Origin: Candidatus Poribacteria bacterium
Lineage (GTDB): Bacteria; Poribacteria; WGA-4E; WGA-3G
Assembly: GCA_965205025.1 (NCBI GenBank)
Contig: CBDBFU010000020.1
Location: forward strand, 128,001 to 192,000
Reading direction: 5' to 3'
Length of the DNA: 64,000 nt
Below the pieces are notes generated by a model. It had not been told where the DNA came from. It ran no database searches and was given only the letters and a program-made list of their open reading frames with translations. The position numbers were made by a program, and so were the translations under genes. This document shows, piece after piece, positions 57,391 to 64,000 of this stretch (position 1 is its first letter; the number at the start of each line of letters is the position of its first letter).

Positions 57391-58626
57391 TTAATAACCG
57401 AACCACTCCTTAATGTGTCGGAAAATACCTCCAATGGGTGTAGAACTCTTTCTTAGTAATCGCGCATGTCTTTCTTCCCGACGTAAATCTTCCCCATACA
57501 TTGCTAAACCCATACTTGTAGCATATATAGGATAATTGACTCTATCTGTTAAACCTTTCAGTTCTTTTGGGTATCCAACTTGTGCGCGTAATGGTAAGAC
57601 TTGTTCCGCCAGTTCAGTCAATCCATCCATGAGTGCTGTGCCACCAGTTAAAACTAATCCCCCTGGAAGTTGTATATCTCCAATTTCACTGCCAATTCCT
57701 TCAAGTATTTCTACCATTCTATATTCAATGATTTGTGCTAATTCAAATCTACTAATAAACCGTGGAGGACTCGACCCAGAAGAAATAGGAATAGAAGTGG
57801 AATCATCTTCTGTTACCCATTCTGTCCAAGCACATCCTTTATTAATTTTTAATTCTTCTGCTATTGGTAAGTTGACCTTAAGGTATTGTGCTATGTCATT
57901 TGTAACATGTTGTCCCCCGACTGGAAAAACAATCACATGGTCAATGGCATCTTCTTTATAAATGATGATTTCAGTGGTCTGGTCCCCAATATCAACAAGA
58001 ACGATTCCTACTTCACGCTCGTCTCTTTGAAGAACAGCTTTGGCAGATGCAACGGGGGCAACTGCTAAAGTGTCAACACTTGGTATATCTGCTTGTTCGA
58101 CACTATTTAATAAACTTTGTATTCCACTTGTGCTCCCAGTGATTATGTAAGCATTTGCCTCTAATCGTGAACCAGACATCCCCACCGGTTCTTTAATTTG
58201 ATTGTTCATGTCAATTACAAAGTTCTGTTCTATGACATGAAGTATGTCCTCGCCATCAGGGATAGCGGCAATTGACCTTGCGGAGTGTACTGCTCTATCT
58301 ACATCATCCTTACTTATTTGCGATGGATTTTTTACTGTGACAACACCACGCGATGTTTGTCCTTTTATATGTTCACCAGAAATCCCTAAACAAACAGACT
58401 CAATATTCACACCCGACATGAGCTCTGCTTCTGAAATTGCCTCTCGTATTGCATCAGCCGTCAAATTGATATCAACTACAACCCCCCTTCGTATACCACT
58501 TGAATTTGCTGACCCAACACCGATTATTTCCATCTGACCATCAAGTCCGGGAAGGCTGTGGCATACAACCACTGAGATTTTACTTGAGCCGATGTCTAAT
58601 CCGGTGATAATCGTTCCTTTTGCCAT
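57391..58626 (-). CDS. ftsA: Cell division protein FtsA
   Basis: GLDIGSSK, PVGMSGSRLE, GGQHVTNDI and VLTGG motifs. Confidence 0.96.
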   Translation of the reverse strand: MAKGTIITGLDIGSSKISVVVCHSLPGLDGQMEIIGVGSANSSGIRRGVVVDINLTADAIREAISEAELMSGVNIESVCLGISGEHIKGQTSRGVVTVKNPSQISKDDVDRAVHSARSIAAIPDGEDILHVIEQNFVIDMNNQIKEPVGMSGSRLEANAYIITGSTSGIQSLLNSVEQADIPSVDTLAVAPVASAKAVLQRDEREVGIVLVDIGDQTTEIIIYKEDAIDHVIVFPVGGQHVTNDIAQYLKVNLPIAEELKINKGCAWTEWVTEDDSTSIPISSGSSPPRFISRFELAQIIEYRMVEILEGIGSEIGDIQLPGGLVLTGGTALMDGLTELAEQVLPLRAQVGYPKELKGLTDRVNYPIYATSMGLAMYGEDLRREERHARLLRKSSTPIGGIFRHIKEWFGY

Positions 58627-59571
58627 CTATTTGTTGGATCCTCCTAAATAAAGTGTATCTTCATAACGTGCATCTAAATAATCATACTTTTGATATACTT
58701 TTACATCTTTGGAACTGAAATCTTTTGTTATGTTATTTGCTAATTCCGTTTCTTTATTTTGTATATCGGTGAGTATGTTATTCCTAACAAATAAAGTAAT
58801 TTGATGTAAACCTGTTTCTATCATATCTTCTGAAATCCATATTGGTATAGATAAACTACTTATCTTGATAGTAATTTGTTGTGATACTCGTGGATCAATG
58901 GATTTTAGATATTTTGCTATAGTACGTTCCTTAGTATTAATGTTTCTTAAGATGTGAATACCAAGGTGTGTTGTATCGGATTCTATTTGTTTGCCTATTT
59001 CAGGTTTTACTTCACCTTCATCAAGGATGATGACCAAGTGTGTAAACTGCTCCAATGATATATTTTCTAAGACATAACCATCATCATCAATTAGAAATAA
59101 AGTTTCACCATTAAATTCTGTTTTGTCCTTATTGTGTTTGTTTTTTAATGTATTATTCTTTGTGAGTTTAAAGTCGACACGGGCAAAAGGTTTACGTTCC
59201 GTTATCTCAATAGTTAACAAGCGTTTGATTAAATTTCGAGTTACATTAGCCTCTTCAATATAGCTTAAATTTTCTTTAAGATACAAAGCAGTTTTCTCTT
59301 CTGAATCAGTAATTATATTATCAAGATTTTCTCCCAATACATCAAAGACTTGTCCATCAGTATAATGGATATTTCCGAAAAGTGCAAATGTTACATGTTC
59401 AATATTAAAGAACCCAACGAAAATCTTAACAAGAAATAAAAGGGTTACGACTGCACTTACTAAAATTGTGGTCCGTCGGGCGCTGTAATTCTTGTTCCTT
59501 GCCCTTTTGGGTTTATATATCCGGTGATTTGGACCTTCTCTACTTCCTGAATATTTTTTGGATGATCTCAT
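58627..59571 (-). CDS. ftsQ: Cell division protein FtsQ/DivIB-like
   Basis: Basic N-tail, single TM, POTRA-like GN.HY...IEITERKPFA, YLDARY; located between murC and ftsA. Confidence 0.75.
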   Translation of the reverse strand: MRSSKKYSGSREGPNHRIYKPKRARNKNYSARRTTILVSAVVTLLFLVKIFVGFFNIEHVTFALFGNIHYTDGQVFDVLGENLDNIITDSEEKTALYLKENLSYIEEANVTRNLIKRLLTIEITERKPFARVDFKLTKNNTLKNKHNKDKTEFNGETLFLIDDDGYVLENISLEQFTHLVIILDEGEVKPEIGKQIESDTTHLGIHILRNINTKERTIAKYLKSIDPRVSQQITIKISSLSIPIWISEDMIETGLHQITLFVRNNILTDIQNKETELANNITKDFSSKDVKVYQKYDYLDARYEDTLYLGGSNK

Positions 59572-60944
59572 GTTATTTCAACGTTTTTTCTATGTTGATT
59601 GAGAAATTTATGTCCAACATTTACAATATCTCCTGCCCCAAGTGTTATGACCAAATCATTAGGTTGTGTTATCTTAATCAGTTGTTGAACCACATCATCC
59701 ATATCAGAAATATAGATTACTTGTGGATGTCCATGATCCTTGATTGCCTTTGCAAGATTCTCACCGGTTACATTCTTTATTGGTTCTTCCCCTGCCCCGT
59801 AAATAGAGGTTACTATTAATACATCAGCTTGGAAAAAAGAGCGACAGAACTCGTCTTCAAGTGTTTGAACTCGTCCGAATCGATGTGGTTGAAAAACTGC
59901 AATTATACGTCGGTTGTAACCTTCTCTTGCTCCTTTTAGTGCGGCCATCAATTTTGCTGGATTATGTGCATAATCATCAACCACTACAATATCGTCAACA
60001 GTTCCTAATACCTCGAATCTTCGATGGACACCTTGGAATGACTCAAGTGCGATTCTCATCTCTTCAAAAGGAATATCCATTTCAAACCCTACTGCTATTG
60101 CTGCTAATGAATTTGCAATGTTATGTCTACCAGGCATTTTGAGATGGACATTTCCCCAAGATTCACCTTGGAATCGAATCTGATAATGTGATGTGGGACC
60201 CTCAATTTCTATTTCTTCTGCAATCAAATCTGCCCGTGTATCAAGACCATATGTAATGTATTTTTTATCCACTTTTGGAATCAATTTCTGTATGTTTTCT
60301 TGATCAAGACACAATATCGCTGAACCGTAAAAAGGCACTTTGTTGATAAAGGTTAAAAAAGTTTCACCAATTTCTTGAATGTTCTTATAATAATCTAAAT
60401 GGTCTGCATCCACCGAGGTGACAACTGCAATTGTAGGATAAAACATCTCAATTGAACCATATGCCTCATCAGCTTCAATAACCATTACCTCACCGTGTCC
60501 TCTCCGTCCATTACTACCATTGACTAATTTGCCACCAAGGACAATCGTCGGATCAAGTCTATCTAATACAGCTGCAGTCATTGCAGTAGTGGTTGTTTTC
60601 CCATGGGTTCCACTGACAGCAACACTAAAACGGAGGCGTGAGATTTCGTTTAGCATCTCTGCTCCACGAATAATTGGAATTTTCTGTAATTTAGCAGCCA
60701 GTAGTTCGGGATTCTCATCTGGAATTGCGGGAGATATCACAACTACATCAGCTCCTTCTATATTAGATGCTTCATGTTTGTTCCACACTGTTGCCCCACA
60801 TTCTTTTAGATGTTCAGTTGTATGAGATTTTTGTAGGTCAGAACCAGAAACATGAAAATCATGGTCAAGAAGAACTTCGGCAATGCCGCTTAAACCAGTA
60901 CCACCGATACCAATAATGTGTATATGTTGTGTTTTACCGAACAT
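59568..60944 (-). CDS. murC: UDP-N-acetylmuramate--L-alanine ligase
   Basis: HIHIIGIGGTGLSG, GTHGKTTT, EADE, DDYAHNP and FQPHR motifs; start taken at MFGKTQH (60944). Confidence 0.96.
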   Translation of the reverse strand: MFGKTQHIHIIGIGGTGLSGIAEVLLDHDFHVSGSDLQKSHTTEHLKECGATVWNKHEASNIEGADVVVISPAIPDENPELLAAKLQKIPIIRGAEMLNEISRLRFSVAVSGTHGKTTTTAMTAAVLDRLDPTIVLGGKLVNGSNGRRGHGEVMVIEADEAYGSIEMFYPTIAVVTSVDADHLDYYKNIQEIGETFLTFINKVPFYGSAILCLDQENIQKLIPKVDKKYITYGLDTRADLIAEEIEIEGPTSHYQIRFQGESWGNVHLKMPGRHNIANSLAAIAVGFEMDIPFEEMRIALESFQGVHRRFEVLGTVDDIVVVDDYAHNPAKLMAALKGAREGYNRRIIAVFQPHRFGRVQTLEDEFCRSFFQADVLIVTSIYGAGEEPIKNVTGENLAKAIKDHGHPQVIYISDMDDVVQQLIKITQPNDLVITLGAGDIVNVGHKFLNQHRKNVEIT

Positions 60945-60957
60945 AATTGTATCCAAG

Positions 60958-62235
60958 TTAAATGAAGATATTAACACCTGATTGAAGATGATCTTTTGTT
61001 GAATCTTTTGAACAGGCGATATTATATATTGATTCAGCAATGGTATCACTCGCCTTAGGACGTCCCAGATTCAAACTTGCATTTTTCATATTTTGATAGA
61101 ATTCTTCATCTGTAGTGATCCGTACTAATTCTCCGACTACATCTTCTGGTTGTAAGTCATCCTGTTTTAAAACTACAGCTGCTCCTGCATTAGCCACTGT
61201 ATATGCATTGCTAACTTGGTTATTACCAACTGCAGCAGGTAAGGGAATAAAAATAGTAGGAATACCACAGGCTGTAACCTCAGATACAGTCATTCCACCT
61301 GCTCGGCAGATCATTACATCGGCAATACTATAAATCTCTTCGACTTGATCAAAAAAGGGACTAACATAATAGGGGATTGCATGACTTGAATATGCATCTT
61401 CAACATTCTCAGTTCCTGTTTTTCCAGTTTGATGTACAATCTGTATGGGAATAGTGTCCATTTCTTCTATTTTCATGGCTTTTGTTGAATTATTGTTTGA
61501 TTCTTCAGTTAATATAGACTTTACTATTAATGGACACGTTTTTATCATTATATCATTAATTACCCGAGCACCTTGACTTCCTCCCATAACAAATATAGTT
61601 TTTCTATTAGGAGATAGGTTGTATTTTTTGTAAGTTTCGTCATAGCGAGGATATGTGGCAATTTCCAATCGAATGGGATTACCAGTAATCTTTTTGATGT
61701 TTTTTGGAAATGGGTGGGTATCAGAATCTAATGCAAGATAAGCTGCCTTTACACGTCTTGAAAGTATCCTGTTAGTCAAACCTGGGGAGACATTCTGTTC
61801 TTGAATTACAATTGGGATTCTAAGTAAAGATGCAGCAAATAGAACAGGTCCTGATACATATCCTCCTGTTCCAATTACAACATCAGGTTTTAGACTTTTT
61901 AAATATTTATAGGATTGAAAAAGTCCTTGAAACATTTTAAGAATGACGCGGAACCATTTCAAGGTAGCTTTGCGAGGAAATCCTTCAACTGTAATTGGAT
62001 AAAAATTGAAACCTTTGTCCGGAATGATTGAAGCTTCTAAACGACCACGTCCTCCAATGAAGACAATTTCAACATTGGAGTTTATGCGTTGTAATGAATG
62101 GGCAATTGCAATTGCAGGATAAATATGTCCACCTGTTCCACCCCCTGCCAGAACAAATAACTTATTTATCTTTTCACTTTTTTTATTACTGTCGACATCG
62201 TCATTAGACTCTTGTCGTTGAATTGATTTTTTCAC
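60958..62235 (-). CDS. murG: Undecaprenyl-PP-MurNAc-pentapeptide GlcNAc transferase
   Basis: GGGTGGHIYP, GTGGYVS, GNPIR, GGSQGA and CRAGG motifs. Confidence 0.96.
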   Translation of the reverse strand: MKKSIQRQESNDDVDSNKKSEKINKLFVLAGGGTGGHIYPAIAIAHSLQRINSNVEIVFIGGRGRLEASIIPDKGFNFYPITVEGFPRKATLKWFRVILKMFQGLFQSYKYLKSLKPDVVIGTGGYVSGPVLFAASLLRIPIVIQEQNVSPGLTNRILSRRVKAAYLALDSDTHPFPKNIKKITGNPIRLEIATYPRYDETYKKYNLSPNRKTIFVMGGSQGARVINDIMIKTCPLIVKSILTEESNNNSTKAMKIEEMDTIPIQIVHQTGKTGTENVEDAYSSHAIPYYVSPFFDQVEEIYSIADVMICRAGGMTVSEVTACGIPTIFIPLPAAVGNNQVSNAYTVANAGAAVVLKQDDLQPEDVVGELVRITTDEEFYQNMKNASLNLGRPKASDTIAESIYNIACSKDSTKDHLQSGVNIFI

Positions 62236-62322
62236 TTTTACCTAAGCATGTTATGACAGAAGCCATCAACCTTGTTGCATGTTATTGGATTCTGTGTTGT
62301 GAAGCAGATGAACTTAACTGCA

Positions 62323-63510
62323 TTAAATATTACTCCGTTTAGAGCTTCGAGATATATTCAGTAATATACCGACACATCCTAAACTGATTACCAGTGATGA
62401 ACCTCCATAACTTAGAAATGGAAGAGTAATACCTTTTGTTGGAAGTAATCCTGTTACAACACCTATATTTATAAAAGCTTGAAGCGCAATTATAATTGTT
62501 AAACCTGTCGCGAATATTGCTCCAAACCGATCATCTGTATTGCGAGCAATTGATATCCCTCTCCATAAGAATATCATAAAGAGTAAAACAACAACTGTAG
62601 TTCCAATAAAACCAAATTCTTCACCTAATACTGCAAATATAAAATCTGTATGAGGATAAGGTAGATAATCAATCTTAGCTGCACTACCGTCAATTCCAAC
62701 TCCATATAATCCACCCCAAGCAAGTGCATTCAATGATCGTCCCAGCTGATATCCTGCGGTATTAGGTGATTGAATGGATGCCCAATAATCAGTGACTCTT
62801 GTCATACGATATGGATCACTAATTATAAATCCTGCCAATAATGCGATTCCAATCCCTGTTAATAGAAGTGTATGTGATATCCTAATACCACCAATGAATA
62901 GTAAACAGCCGGCTGTTGCAGCCAACAATACAGCTGAACCAAAATCTGGCTGCATTGCTACAAGTCCAAACATTAATCCTATGATTAGAACATTTGGCAT
63001 TACTCCATAAAATAGGCTCTTTATCTTTTCTGGATTTCGAGCCAGAAAATGTGCCATGTGAATAATTAATGCAATCTTTGCAAATTCAACTGGCTGAAAT
63101 TGTATACCACCTACTGCTATCCACCGATTAAATCTTCCTCCTTCAGCACCACGGACGCTTGAACCCAAAGGTGTGAAAACCAGTACTAACAATACAACAG
63201 AAAAAAACAGGAGTAATGTACTATACTTCTCATAAAATCTGAATGGAATGTATGTACAAACAACCATACCTAGTAATCCTATGAAACATGCAATCCCTTG
63301 CATTTTGAGATAATGGTAACTGGTTCCATATTGTTTAGCTGATAGGACATGACCAGCACTATAAACCATTAGAATGCCTATACCAACTAACACAAGAGAT
63401 ACGGTTAGTAATACTGGATCTACCCTACCTGTACCTGCAATATTTCCAGGATTATTCTTATTAGGTGTAGGTGATGCATTGGGATAACTGATATTATTTT
63501 CATTGAGCAT
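62323..63510 (-). CDS. ftsW: Peptidoglycan glycosyltransferase FtsW
   Basis: QPVEFAK, QPDFG, HTDFIF...EEFG and LPTKGITLPFLSYGGSS motifs. Confidence 0.95.
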   Translation of the reverse strand: MLNENNISYPNASPTPNKNNPGNIAGTGRVDPVLLTVSLVLVGIGILMVYSAGHVLSAKQYGTSYHYLKMQGIACFIGLLGMVVCTYIPFRFYEKYSTLLLFFSVVLLVLVFTPLGSSVRGAEGGRFNRWIAVGGIQFQPVEFAKIALIIHMAHFLARNPEKIKSLFYGVMPNVLIIGLMFGLVAMQPDFGSAVLLAATAGCLLFIGGIRISHTLLLTGIGIALLAGFIISDPYRMTRVTDYWASIQSPNTAGYQLGRSLNALAWGGLYGVGIDGSAAKIDYLPYPHTDFIFAVLGEEFGFIGTTVVVLLFMIFLWRGISIARNTDDRFGAIFATGLTIIIALQAFINIGVVTGLLPTKGITLPFLSYGGSSLVISLGCVGILLNISRSSKRSNI

Positions 63511-63618
63511 ACGATATCATTACTGTTATATAATTATAGTTTTTATAAGATTTATAACGGTGTTGATTTTAAAAATCAGTACAACGATATATATCATAGA
63601 CTTAGGTGTTAGAATTAA

Positions 63619-64000
63619 TTATAAGAGAATCTTAGATTCAACTCTCATTTCAGAATTAAGATCCAACACTGCCTTTTTAAATGCTTCCCCACGAACCTTA
63701 TAATCTAAATACATATCAAAACTGGCATTTGCTGGAGATAGAAGCACAATATCCCCATCTACTGAAATCTCTTCTGCTATTTCAACTGCCTGATCCATTT
63801 TGGATACATTATAAATCTTACAATAGTTATAAAATGTATTTTTAATATTATGTGTATGTTCACCAAGTAGAATTAGACATTTTACCTTACTCTGAACTGG
63901 TTCAACCAGACAAGTATAATCGTTTCCTTTATCATACCCACCCATAATCAAAATAACTCTCTTTGAATATTGTTCATCCTTATTTTTTTTGTCTATTGAT
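63619..64000 (-). CDS. murD: MurD C-terminal part (runs off the window edge)
   Basis: IMGGYDKG and VLLSPANASFDMY..Y..RGEAF motifs; upstream of ftsW. Confidence 0.9.
   Translation of the reverse strand, partial: SIDKKNKDEQYSKRVILIMGGYDKGNDYTCLVEPVQSKVKCLILLGEHTHNIKNTFYNYCKIYNVSKMDQAVEIAEEISVDGDIVLLSPANASFDMYLDYKVRGEAFKKAVLDLNSEMRVESKILL

Noticed and set aside
60945-61049. 35-aa N-terminal extension of MurC in the ORF track
   Set aside because: Overlaps murG; typical MurC starts at MFGKTQHIH (60944)

Overview
AT-rich bacterial window, probably from Candidatus Poribacteria or a similar sponge-associated lineage. This is inferred from the WD40 proteins with a 'TTWxLPxGAxARLGRG' N-terminus, a LamG protein ending 'KLTTTWGVIK', and multiple PhyH, sulfatase, VWA and TPR genes. 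1-11 kb: four tandem signal-less WD40 genes (one broken by an IS630), followed on the same strand by a compact UvrD-like helicase with a complete GIY-YIG nuclease domain inserted in it. 11-22 kb: metabolic genes, a frameshifted PorV-like gene and two VWA genes. 14-29 kb, especially 22-26.8 kb: many short non-autonomous elements in which about seven kinds of terminal-inverted-repeat 'shell' carry a shared pool of REP-like hairpins. Several are nested, one family duplicates a whole ~20-bp target hairpin, and a broken Rpn-family gene lies among them. 27-55 kb: two sulfatases, a four-gene uncharacterised membrane operon, aroKB, partial ABC transporters and secreted-protein genes. 55-64 kb: dcw cluster (murD'-ftsW-murG-murC-ftsQ-ftsA-ftsZ). 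No rRNA, tRNA or CRISPR array was recognised.
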